From: Octopus sinensis
Lineage: Eukaryota
DNA length: 64,000 bases
Direction: 5' to 3'
Assembly (NCBI RefSeq): GCF_006345805.1
Contig: NC_043002.1
Location: 82,956,001-83,020,000, forward strand
The notes below the pieces were generated by a model. The model was not told the origin of the DNA. It searched no databases and saw only the letters and a program-made list of their open reading frames with translations. Positions 12,188 through 24,840 of the stretch are shown here, piece by piece. A program made the translations under genes and the position numbers. The number at the start of each line of letters is the position of its first letter. Position 1 is the stretch's first letter.

Positions 12188-12592
12188 TGTTATTATTTGA
12201 ATTTATTGGTATCTGATTGTTTGATATAATTAACCAAGTTTGTTTAACATTGAATGCTTTCTAAATATCTACTTGGATTTCTTAATCCCTTTTACCTTGT
12301 GTTTTATATATATGTATATATATGGTTCAAATGTACAAAAAAAAAAAGAACAAAACAAAAGACAGAGACAGGTGAGGGAACAATAAATAAGGTATAAATT
12401 TGATGCTCTGGAAAATAGGAGATGTCTTTGATGTTTCAAGCCTATGCTCTTCAACAGAGACTCACTTAGACCTTTGACATTAACGAACTGGTGTTGGAAC
12501 TCAGTTTACATATGCTTCAGAAAAAGTGTTTGTTGACTTCAGAGTATTTAAGTAAATGACTGGAAAACAAGAAATCATGTAATGATCTACAT

Positions 12593-12675
12593 TAGTTTAC
12601 AGATATTTCTACTATGAAGTACAATGCCCTCAAAGTTGAGTGCTTGTGTGGCACCCTATAGCTTCATCAGAGCTA
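12593..12675 (-). ncRNA. Hammerhead-like motif, partly decayed
   Basis: uagcu-CUGAUGA-a-gcuauagggugc...guacuucauagu-a-GAAA-uaucug-UA-aacua. Confidence 0.55.
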
Positions 12676-12839
12676 TAGGGTGATAGAGAAACACTGAACC
12701 ATGAGTGTATTTCATCTTTTAGCAGAAAAAGTTGTAAACTAATGAAATTCTTACAAGCTTCTTTGTCACCCTGTCGATTATCTTATGTTGTATATATAAG
12801 TATATATAAAATTAGAATGAGAATTTTTAGCAATAAAAA

Positions 12840-13345
12840 TGATTTAAGGCTACATGCATAGTCTCAAGTATCATAGCTCACAATTGTACTGGCTGAAAGA
12901 TATCCTCTATGAAAAAATAAGTAATAAGAGAAAAGAAAAATATAAAATAGAGTATTACAGATTAAGATAATGAAAAGGAACTAGATGAATAATCTAAATA
13001 GCTAATGTGATTAAGTATAAAAGGTATCTAAATCTTATAAAATATAAATATATATTAGGATTATATCAGTTGAATGAGTGAGTACCTTATGATTGTAAAC
13101 AGGTTTTAAATATTTATAAGTAAGGATAAGCTGAGGGGCAAGTATATAGAATATAGAGTATAGTTTTGGATGGAATGAATAAAATATTTCTCACAATATG
13201 AGAAAGCTTTGCTTATCAAAATACAAAAAAGTCTGCCTCCACACTTGAGGCAGATTTTCTTAGGTTTGATGCCCTTCCTGTCAGCAACCTGTAGCTGTGT
13301 TGAAGTAGTTGGCCAGCCATATTTTTGCTGTATATTGGAAATGAA
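12840..13345. repeat. Copy 2 of the ~510-bp direct repeat
   Basis: Collinear with 9760-10280. Confidence 0.88.
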
Positions 13346-13654
13346 TGACACTCAATAACAAAAATGATGTGATATCAAGACAAGAAGACAGAAACATACA
13401 TGTGTACACACTCACATAACTATATGCATACATATTTGCATATATGTATATATATGGAGAGGGAGAGAGGGAGAGAAAAGGAGAGAGATAGAAATGCAAA
13501 CTCTCCTTGCTTTCTCCAAACACTATTTTTGTCTCCTTCATTTGCTTTCTGTTTATATTTAGGTATGTAGGTTTTTAGATATTTGTTGTCTCTGTGCATA
13601 TGTGTATAAATGTACAAAGGGAAATACAAGATAAGGAAAATGTAAAAATTCTTA

Positions 13655-15958
13655 TTTAGAATAAAAGGAAGCACCTGAAATCTCTCCAATCTGAACTTCC
13701 ACAAAGCAGATTGGAAATCGATCCAAAAAGAGATCCTCAGAGAGGACTGGCCGAAATGTCTCTCCACATCAGACATTGACATGAAACTAGAATGTTTCAT
13801 GTCTTTTGTGCAAGCCATATGCCAGAAATATGTCCCAGAGCACAAGGCCAAAACAAATAGGAACAAGATTCCAAGGAAGAGGAAGATCCTCATGAGACGA
13901 CAGACTAAGGTTGCAAATTGACTCAACCAACATCCCAAAAGTAGCGAAACGTCCCGCCTAAAAACAACACTGATGGAGATGGAAAAACAGCTGCAACAAT
14001 CCTATGTGAAGGAGAAAGCATACAAAGAAGCATGGGTTATAAAAAACATTAAGTCAAACCCAAAGGCCTTCTTTCATTACGCAAAAGAAACAGCCTCAGT
14101 ACACTGCAAGATAGGACCCCTCCTCCAAAAGGATGACTCCCTCACAGACAGTCCAACTAAGATCAGTGAGATACTGAATGACCAGTTCAAAAATGTCTTT
14201 ACCACCCCGTTGGAAAACAGACAAGTGAATGAGCCAATGGACTTCTTTGCCGCCTCACCTATAACCAGCGAGGCAGTTACAATGGAATGTATTGACATTA
14301 GTGAAGAAGATATAATACTAGCCATAGATGAAGTGGATACAAACTCAGCTGCTGGTCCTGATGGTTTCCCAGCAATCCTCCTCAAATCCTGTAAGCATGC
14401 CCTGGCAAAATCCCTCCAGATTCTCTTCCAGAGCTTTCTTACAAATGGCAAACTGCCAAGTAAGCTGAAGGAGGGAATAATATGCCTAATACATAAAGGG
14501 AGAAGTAGAGCAGATGCCAAAAACTATAGGCCTATCTCTCTGACTTCACACATCAGCAGAGTCATGGAACTGATTCAGAGGGAAACTAATCGCATTCCTT
14601 GAAGAAAATAACTTGCTGAGTGATACCCAGCATGGTTTTCGACCATGTAGGAGCTGCCTGACCCAGCTCTTACAACTTTATGACTGGGTGTTGAGGCAGT
14701 TACTCAACAAATCAAATGTGGATGTAATATACCTTGATTTTGCGAAAGCTTTTGACAAGGTGGATCATGGTATGATATGCCACAAACTGCATGACTTTGG
14801 CATAGCTGGAAAACTTGGAGAGTGGTTACATGACTTCCTGAAAGATAGGAGTCAGGTAGTAGTGGCTAATGGAGCCACCTCTATGAACACACAAATAGTG
14901 AGAGGTGTTCCACAGGGCAATGTCTTGGGACCACTGCTTTTTATAGTGGCCCTCTCAGATATGCCCTCAAATGCCTGGATAGCCACCCTTATTAGCTATG
15001 CTGATGATACGAAAGTCTTGCAGAAAATACAAAACCCCAGCGATGTTGCACACCTGCTGCAGGAGTTGGAATCAATTTACAGACGGACTGAGGATAATAA
15101 TATGCAGTTTAATGCTGAAAAATTCCAAGCCCTGTGCTACCAGCATCCAAAACTGAATATGAAACTTACAGGGTATACTGCTCCACAGGGAATTTCAATC
15201 CCAGAGCCTAAGTTAGTGAGGGACCAGGGTATCGGCATGAGTGATGATACTGCTTTCCAAGTACACATTACCAGGATGGCGACAAAGTGCAGACGACTGG
15301 CTGGATGGATCCTAAGAACATTCAGAATCAGAGATAAGGAAACGATGATGGTCCTCTGGCGGACATTCATCCTCCGCCACCTGGATTACTGCTCACAGCT
15401 ATGGTCACTCACCAGTGAGAAATTAACAGCGGACTTGAAGCAATCCAGAGAAGATTCACAAAGAAGATTGTCTCTTTGCAATGGTTCAGCTACTGGGAAA
15501 GGTTGAAACTGCTAAGACTCTACTCCCTGGAGAGAAGACAGGAGAGGTATGCAGTAAGATCCTGGAAGGAATTGTGCCAAATTTTGGCATTGAAAGCTAC
15601 ACCAATGCCAGAACGGGACGACACTGCATAGTGCCAAAGATCCCAGTAACACCATCATGCTTCAGGACCAGTTACTGTAACAACCTGGGTTTCAAGGCCC
15701 CTCATATATTCTCCCAAAGAGTCTGAGCAACTTGCACAAAGTAGATGTAGGGGTTTTTAAATCAAAGCTGGACCTCTTCCTGTTGAGAGTCCCAGATGAA
15801 CCTACCTCACGGCAAGAGGTGCAATTGAGGGTAGCTATATCAAACTCCATTCTTCATCAAGTGCCACATATTGGAGGAGGCTCTCAGTAATAACAGTGTA
15901 GCAAAACGACAGTGCATCAGCATGGCTGCAGCTCTGAGCTAAAACTAGAGAGAAAAAA
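13655..15958 (+). mobile_element. CR1-like LINE, 5'-truncated, ORF2 broken by frameshifts
   Basis: IKSNPKAFF, AAGPDGFP, NYRPISLTS, QHGFR..RSCLTQLL, YLDFAKAFDKVDH, GVPQG.VLGPLLF, SYADDT motifs. The 3' end cagcatggctgcagctctgagctaaaactag also occurs alone at about 8942, 20488, 22337 and 59488. Confidence 0.95.
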
Positions 15959-16038
15959 TATATGTATATAGATATATGTATATATATATGTGTAGGTATA
16001 TATATATATATTATATATATATATATATATACATATAT

Positions 16039-16102
<64 letters not shown>

Positions 16103-16105
<3 letters not shown>

Positions 16106-17365
16106 TCATCATCATTTAGCGTCCGTTTTCCATGCTAGCATGGGTTGGACGGTTCAACTGGGGTCTGGGGAGCCCGAAGGCTGCACCAGGCCAGTCAGAT
16201 CTGGCAGTGTTTCTACAGCTGGATGCCCTTCCTAACGCCAACCACTCCGAGAGTGTAGTGGGTGATGTTATGTGCCACCGACACAGGTGCCAGACGAGGC
16301 TGGCGAACGGCCACGCTCGGATGGTGTTTTTATGTGCCACCGACACAGGTGCCAGACGAGGCTGGCAGACGGCCACGCTCGGATGGTGTTTTTATGTGCC
16401 ACCGACACAGGTGCCAGATGAGGCTGGCGGACGGCCACGATCGGATGGTGTTTGTTACGTCCCCAAAGCACGGAGGCCAGTCTATGCGGTACTGGCTACG
16501 GCCACGTTCGGATGATTTTCTTGTGTGCCACCGGCACTGGTACCACAAAGATACAAATTCCATTGATGTTCATCTATTTTGATTTGTTTTGATTTGATTT
16601 GATTTTCACTTGCCTCAACAGGTCTTCACAAGTGTCACAAGAAGGAAGGTATGCACAGGTGGACTGACTACGTCCCAGGTAGGGGCCACGGGTTATGGCC
16701 TGACTAGTCTTGCCGGGTCTTCGGATGGTGTTTTTATGTGCCACCGACACAGGTGCCAGATGAGGCTGGCGAACGGCCACGATCGGATGGTGTTTGTTGC
16801 GTGCCCACAGCACGGAGGCCAGTCGATGCGGTACTGGCTACGGCCACGTTCGGATGGTTTTCTTGTGTGCCACCGGCACTGGTACCACAAGATACAAATT
16901 CCATTGATGTTCATCTATTTTGATTGATTTGATTTGATTTTCACTTGCCTCAACAGGTCTTCACAAGTGTCACAAGAAGGAAGGAAGGTATGCACAGGTG
17001 GACTGACTACGTCCCAAGTAGGGGCCATGGGTTTTGGCCTGACTAGTCTTGCCGGGTCTTCGGTTGGTGTTTTTATGTGCCACCGACACAGGTGCCAGAT
17101 GAGGCTGGCGGACGGCCACGATCGGATGGTGTTTGTTATGTGCCCACATCACAGAGGCCAGTCGATGCGGTACTGGCTACGGCCATGTTCGGATGGTTTT
17201 CTTGTGTGCCACCGGTACTGGTACCACAAAGATACAAATTCCATTGATGTTCATCTATTTTGATTTGGTTTGATTTGATTTGATTTGATTTTGATTTTCA
17301 CTTGCCTCAACAGGTCTACACAAGTGTCACACACTTGCCTCAACAGGTCTTCACAAGTGTCATAA
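16103..17365 (-). mobile_element. RTE LINE 3' UTR with internal 62-bp and ~340-bp tandem duplications
   Basis: (GAT)n tail at 16103. 62-bp unit starts at 16270, 16332, 16394; larger unit starts at 16394, 16736, 17075. Confidence 0.9.
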
Positions 17366-17476
17366 GTAACACATATTGATAAAAATGGTAAGACAACAAA
17401 AGAAAGGAAGAGACCTCGATATTATGTAAATAGAGGAATTTATCTGTAAATGTAATATGTGACATTCGGTAGGCAT

Positions 17477-17537
17477 GATAAAACTCCAAGTTTCGGATGC
17501 TGAGGTGGAAATCCATGCTGCTATCTCTTCAGTTATC
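17477..17537 (-). ncRNA. Hammerhead ribozyme in the left inverted PLE terminus
   Basis: gauaa-CUGAAGA-gau...aucc-GAAA-cuuggag-UU-uuauc. Confidence 0.72.
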
Positions 17538-20214
17538 TGGTCATTGGAAAAATGCTATGAAAAATGACCGTTATAGAAAGAGGAATTACTGTGTGATTGA
17601 CCATTATTAAGACAAAAGAGCTATTCGAATAACCACTAAGTAAGGGGGTAAAAGTTCATAGTATTCGCGTAAGCACGCCTGTTCATACCTACACATGTGT
17701 GCCCGCACACCCACATGCGTATGCCTAAAGCTCTACATTCATCCACTCTCACTTGAAAAACGTACACAGCCTCACTCCCATCCTTCGCCAAATGTATATG
17801 CATATATACACACGTCTACATAACCACAAGCACAAGAAAAAAACAGGGTTAAGGGTAACAATACAGAAAATAGGCATAAGGGTGTATACAATGAGTATAT
17901 ATGCACATACCCTTTTGCACACACACACACACGCCTATATACGCACATACCAGTGAGGGCTTTATCTAGCAGCACTTTAGAGATAGAGGCATAAAGAACT
18001 GCTAGATAAAGCCCTCATCTTCGCAAGCAATTTCATAGAAATCAGTACACAGGATAAGGATATAATCTTCCATGCTAGAAAGACTTTACTTTTCAGTGAG
18101 AACACAGAGTGGGTTAAGGCTACCAACACAGAGGGTGCTTTCAATGTGAGCATGGGGTCATATGATGGAGCAGGCATATGCAATCTTATTGGATTATTTC
18201 TACTTGATACGTTGGGCAAGACCTTTCCTGACGTATACTTCGCCATCTACAAAGATGATACCCTCACCTTAACCACAAATACCAATGGACTAGCACAGGA
18301 TCGGTTTAGGAAGGACATAATTCATTTGATGAAAGCCCTTGGACTTAGTATAGATACAGACACCAACCTGATGGTTATCAATTTCCTACATGTATCCTTA
18401 GATGTAAATAAGAACATTTATAAGCCTTATAGGAAGCCCAATGATAGACTTAGTTATATTAATGTAGGTTCATGCCATACCCCTATAGTATTTAAAAATT
18501 TAGTTAAAAACATTAGCAAGAGAATTTCTAGCCTCTCCTCAGATAAGGACATTTTTAAAAGCGTTGCCCCGGTATATAATAAGGCTCTAAAAGATAGTGG
18601 TTTTAGCGGGGAAATAACCTATACACCTGCCACCAGCCCAACAATAAAGAAGAGGAGACGTAGGAATAGGAAAACCATCTGGTTCACACACCCCTACTCA
18701 CCCGAGGTCACCTCGGGTGAGTAGGGATGTGTGAACCAGATGGTTCAATATAGGCAAGTATTTCTTAGCACTGATAGATAGACATTTTCCAGTCAACCAT
18801 TACCAATTTTAAAAATATAGTCGCACACTACACACAAACATCACAATACGAAACCAGCTGTTCATGCAGGGATAAAAATTTGTGCCCGCTAAATGGAGCT
18901 TGCATGTCTGAAACCATCATTTACGAAGCCACTGTGGACTCTATACCCACTAAAGACACGGTTTCGACGAAGAAATACGTGGGCCTTACAGAAGGCAATT
19001 TCAAGGCCAGGTTCAATAATCACACCTTGAGCTTTGGGTACTGGGATAAAAGGAAAACGACCAAATTATCCAGTCATATATGGTCATTACAAGATAAAGG
19101 TGTCAGTTACAACATCCATTGGAAGATCTTAGCCAAGTGTAAACCCTACACCAACGGCAGTGGAAAGTGCGGTCTATGTGATACGGAAAGATGGCTCATC
19201 TGGAAAAGCAGCTTAGACCCTGCTACATGTCTGAATTCAAGGACTGAACTTTTCGGTTCATGCTCATATGTGGCCAAATATTTGTTATGTTTTTGGTCCC
19301 CCCGAGACTACAGATAGCACTTGCTTTCTATATTGTGTCCATGCACAAGCTTTTTATCTCTTTATAGCTTTTACTTATATTTTTTATTTTATTTATATTT
19401 TCTATAAATTTTTTATACATACATTCCTTACATATTTATAGAGATTTTGGTTTATAGGTTTATTGCTTATATATTTTTTACACATAATTTTTTCCTGTAT
19501 TCTACCTTCCACCCTGCATATTTTCCTGTGTGTATATAGACGTGTATATGGAATCTTTTGTGTGCGGATGTGAATGTGTGCGTGAGTGCGTGTATATAGG
19601 TGTGTGCGTGCATGCAAGTACGTGTATATATAGACGTATTTTACTCAGTGTTTTTACCCCTTTTCCTGTATTTTTGCCCATAGCCCTGTTTTGTCTTGTG
19701 TTAGACGTAAGTATAATCTTTTTTGTGTGTGCATGTGTGTATGCGTATATAGACGTGTGTGGGTATGTGCGTATATAGATGTGGTTTACTCTTTGTATAC
19801 TCCCTTATCCCTTTTTTCTGTATTGTTACCCTTAACCCTGTTTTTTCTTGTGCTTGTGCGTATGTAGATGTGTGTATGACCTTTATGGAGCATGTGTGTG
19901 GGGGGTTTGTATGTATATGCATATACATTTGGCGAAGGATGGGAGTGAGGCTGTGTACGTTTTTCAAGTGAGGGTGGATGAATGTAGAGCTTTAGGCGTA
20001 CGCACGTGGGTGTGCGGACGCACGTGGGTGTGCGGACGCACATGTGTAGGTATGAACAGGCGCGCTTACGCGAATACTATGAACTTTTTACCCCCTTACT
20101 TTACTCTCTTACTTAGCAGTCATTCAAATAGCTCTTTTGTCTTAGTAACGGTCAATCACACAGTAATTTCCCTTTGTAAAATGGTTATTTTTCATAGCAT
20201 TTTTCCGATGGTCA

Positions 20215-20274
20215 GATACTGAAGAGATGGCGGCATGGATTTCCACCTCGGCATCCGAAACTCAGAGTTTTATC
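20215..20274 (+). ncRNA. Hammerhead ribozyme in the right PLE terminus
   Basis: gaua-CUGAAGA-gaug...caucc-GAAA-cucagag-UU-u-uauc. Confidence 0.7.
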
Positions 20275-20341
20275 ATGGCTACCGAATAATTGTCACATAT
20301 TACATTTACAGATATATATATATATATATGTTTATATATAT

Positions 20342-20485
20342 GGAGGCGCAATGGCCCAGTGGTTAGGGCAGTAGGATCGCGGTTTCAATTCCCAGATCAG
20401 GCATTGTGAGTGTTTATTGTGCGAAAACATCTAAAGCTCCCCGAGGTTCCGGCAGGGAGTGGTGACGATTCCTGCTGTACTCTCT
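20342..20485 (+). mobile_element. tRNA-derived SINE, third family (5' part)
   Basis: ggaggcgcaatggcccagtggttagggcag head; homologous to 38136-38404. Confidence 0.75.
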
Positions 20486-20621
20486 TTAACGGCAGTGCAT
20501 CAGCATGGCCACAGCTCTGAGCTGAAACTAGAGAAGAAAAAATATAAATGGATGAATGAATTATCCTTTGTTTACAGTTAGTACGGAAAGTTCAATAAAC
20601 AGTTACCAGGGTAGCAAAATT

Positions 20622-20924
20622 CATGTGTATGTATAAATGTATGCATATATATGTATCTATATATATGTATATATATATATATATGTATATACATATGTAT
20701 ATATATATATGTATATACATATGTATATATACATGTATATATATATGTATATATATATGTATATTTATATATATGTACATATGTATATATATATGTATAT
20801 TTATATATATGTACATATGTATATATATATGTATATATATATGTATATTTATATATATGTACATATGTATGTATATGTATGTATGTATGTATATATATAT
20901 ATATGTGTGTGTGTGTATGTATGT

Positions 20925-20964
<40 letters not shown>

Positions 20965-21098
20965 GTATATATATGTATGTATGTATATATATATATTATA
21001 TATATATATGTATATGTATATATATATATGTATGTATATATATATATAATATATATATATAAGTATATATGTGTATATATATATATATATATACATAC

Positions 21099-21130
<32 letters not shown>

Positions 21131-21267
21131 ACATACATATATATATACATACATACATACATATATATACATATATATACATACATATATATACATGTAT
21201 ATATATATATATATATTATATATATACATATATATATTATATATATATATGTATATATATATAAGTA

Positions 21268-21300
<33 letters not shown>
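20622..21300. repeat. Compound (TA)n/(TATG)n microsatellite
   Basis: Direct reading; accounts for the spurious Y/I/C-rich ORFs. Confidence 0.95.
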
Positions 21301-21984
21301 CTCACCATGGAAATGACTAGAGACCGAGACCTATGGAAGTATGCTGTACGTGAGAAGACCCAGCAAGACTAGTGAAGCCATAACCCATGGCCACTACCTG
21401 GGACGTAGTCAGTCCACCTGTGCATACCTTCCTGCTTGTGATACTTGTGAAGACCTGTTGAGGCAAGTGAAAGTCAAGTCAAATCGAATCAAATCAAATA
21501 GATGAACATCAATGGAATTTGTATCCTTGTGGTACCAGTGCCGGTGGCACATAAGAAAACCATCCAAACGGGACCGTAGCCAGTACCGCATCGACTGGCC
21601 CCGTGCTGTGGGCACGTAACAAACACCATCCGATCGTAGCCGTTCGCCAGCCTCGTCTGGCACCTGTGTCGGTGGCACATAAAAAAACACCATCTGAGCG
21701 TGGCCGTCTGCCAGCCTCGTCTGGCACCTGTGTCGGTGGCACATAAAAAACACCATTCGAGCGTGACCGTCTGCCAGCCTCGTCTGGCACCTGTGTCGGT
21801 GGCACATAAAATCACCCACTACACTCTCGGAGTGGTTGGCGTTAGGATGGGCATCCAGCTGTAGAAACACTGCCAGATCTGACTGGCCTGGTGCAGCCTT
21901 CGGGCTTGCCAGACCCCAGTTGAACCGTCCAACCCATGCTAGCATGGAAAGCAGACGTTAAACGATGATGATGATGATGATGAT
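21301..21984 (+). mobile_element. RTE LINE 3' end (last codons plus 3' UTR)
   Basis: Begins [23 protein letters not shown]; three ~62-bp internal repeats; (GAT)n tail; reverse complement of 16103-16720. Confidence 0.9.
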
Positions 21985-22170
21985 TGGTAAATAAATGGAG
22001 TTGAACGCAGGTGTTATTAACACCTGCATTCAGCTCCATGCAATTTACTGCACATTAACCTGGAGTTTCTACCTTTGAATAGGTCGCTAATGTGCAGTAA
22101 ATGGTATAGTATAAGTAAATGGACTTGAACGCAGGTGTTATTAACATCTACGTTCAACTTATTTACTGAT
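21985..22170. repeat. Cluster of three consecutive hairpins (possible MITE)
   Basis: atggagttgaacgcaggtgtta-t-taacacctgcattcagctccat; atttactgcacatta...taatgtgcagtaaat; then a diverged second copy of hairpin 1. Confidence 0.8.
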
Positions 22171-22525
22171 ATGTATATGTTTATTTACTTATATGCATAT
22201 ATATATATGTGTATATATATATGCATATATATATATATATATATGCAGATGAGGGCAGCTGCATCGAACTCTCTCATGCACCAAATGGCAGTTGCCAAAA
22301 AGCATTCGTGAAGTAAAATCATGTAGCAACACCAAATGGCGGTGTCCCAGCATGGCCACAGCTCATGAGCTTAACTAGAATCAATCAATCATATATATTA
22401 TATATATATATATATATATATTATACCACATATATATATATATATGTGTGTGTGTGTATACAATAGATATATATATGTATATATATATATTGTATATATA
22501 TGTATGTATATGTTGTATACATATA

Positions 22526-22593
<68 letters not shown>

Positions 22594-22628
22594 TATATAT
22601 ATATATATTATATATATATATATGTATG

Positions 22629-22659
<31 letters not shown>

Positions 22660-22692
22660 TTATCAAAATAAAAACATGATGCAAAGGATTTA

Positions 22693-22779
22693 GCGGTACA
22701 TATGTTTCGGGCCTTTATTAGACGGTTTATAACAATGCATAATTGATGTAAATGTGTGTCTATAGCCTTCTTCAGCCGC
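22693..22779 (-). ncRNA. Type I minimal hammerhead ribozyme, intact core
   Basis: gcgg-CUGAAGA-long stem II (aggc..uagac...gucua..ggccc)-GAAA-cauaug-UA-ccgc. Confidence 0.8.
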
Positions 22780-22949
22780 GTACAATTACTACTTCAATGA
22801 CATGTATTACATTACAAGTTTTACGTTGGGGATGCAAATCCTCATAGTCGCGTACAACAGAGCGAGGCACTAAAACAAAACGAAACAAAACAAAATCAAA
22901 GCGTCCATCCCGTTTTTCACTCGATGAATACTCAAGTATTCACCCCGAA

Positions 22950-22954
22950 TTTTA

Positions 22955-22996
<42 letters not shown>

Positions 22997-23093
22997 TATG
23001 TATATATATATATATGTAAATATGTATATATATATATATAAATATGTATATATGTATGTATATATGTAAATATGTATATATATATATAATATG

Positions 23094-23130
<37 letters not shown>

Positions 23131-24840
23131 ATATGTAATATATATTAATATGTATATATGTATATATATATATATATGTATAATATATAATATATATATG
23201 TATTATATATATATAATGTATATGTGTATATATATGTATGTATATATATGTGTATATATATATGTATATATATATACATATATATGTATGTATATATATG
23301 TATATATATATATACATATATATGTATATATATATATACATATATATGTATGTATATATATATTTGTATATATCATCATCATCATCATCATCGTCATCCC
23401 CACCCACATACATACACGCACACCTACTCACACACACACATACACACACATACCTGCACACACACACACACATACATACATACACATACATACCTACTTC
23501 AGACATACACACACACAGACATACACCCATACACTCACACTCACATGCATACACACACACACATACACACGCACACGTACACATACACACACACACACAC
23601 ACCTACATACATACATTACACTTGTATACACACACTTACATTCATACACACACACACACCTACACAGCCATACCCTCACTCAGACACACACATCTACCTA
23701 CACACACACACAAACACACACGGACACACACCCATACATACATCTACACACACACGCCTATACACATACATACACACATACATAAACACACACACATACA
23801 CATATACACACATACGCACACACAATATACTTATACACATGCACACACACACACATACATACATACACACACATATACATACACACACACATACCCACAT
23901 ACTCCTATACGCACATACATACACACAGACATACACACATACACACTCACACAAACATACACACACACATACTTACACACACACTCACCTGCACGCGCAC
24001 ACACATGCATGACAAACACCCATACACTCACACTCACATACGCACACACCAACATAAACACGCACACGCACACGCACACACACACCTACACTCCCACACA
24101 CATACACACGCACCTACACACACGCATACACACATACATTACACACGTACACACACACCTACATACACATGCATACACACACACACACAAACATGCACGG
24201 ACACACCCAGACATACACACATACACCTATATACACACGCCCACACACCTACATACACACACATATACACACGCCCACACACCTACATACACACATACAT
24301 ACACACACATACACGGACACACCCATACATACTTACATACATACACCTATACACACACGCCCACACACCTACATACACACACATGCATACACACACACAC
24401 ATGTACGCACACACACACACATATACGCACATACATATATACCCACACACATGCACACACACACACACATACGCACATGCATGCATGCATGCATGCACAC
24501 GCGCACACCTACACGCATACACACACGCATACATACACCCATACACATACATGCATCCTACACACACATACATACACACTCACACATACATACAACACAC
24601 ACACACACTCACTCACACACCTGTATGTACGCGCACACACATGCACATACACACTTCCCCACACCCACACGTACATACATACACACTCACACACATACAC
24701 ACCACACACACACACGGACATACATCTATGCACACACATACATACACACATACTCACATACATTCATCGGACACACTGCCACCCGGACATACACACAGAC
24801 ACACTCACACATCCACACACATACATACTTACGCACATAC
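22950..24840. repeat. (TA)n array followed by about 1.45 kb of degenerate (CA)n
   Basis: Direct reading; source of the H/T-rich pseudo-ORFs. Confidence 0.95.

Larger units (their letters stand above)
17370..20313 (+). mobile_element. Penelope-like element: RT C-terminus plus GIY-YIG endonuclease, with inverted terminal pseudo-LTRs
   Basis: ORFs 18146-18724 (MGSYDGA..C.LIG, IYKDD, NFL.V.LD, PYRKPN) and 18880-19317 (IIYEATV...YVGLTE..FK.RFNNH, C.LC..E, LNSR.EL). Segment ~17440-17910 is the reverse complement of ~19760-20313. Confidence 0.93.

Noticed and set aside
16270-16460. Regularly spaced repeats resembling a CRISPR array
   Set aside because: Head-to-tail 62-bp units with no unique spacers, inside an RTE 3' UTR; eukaryotic context and no cas genes.
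16116-17263. ORFs such as [13 protein letters not shown]... and CHRHRCQ repeats
   Set aside because: Antisense translation of the RTE 3' UTR; similar peptides recur at 11340, 21409 and 27322.
20578-21320. Multiple Y/I/C-rich ORFs on both strands
   Set aside because: (TA)n/(TATG)n microsatellite artefacts.
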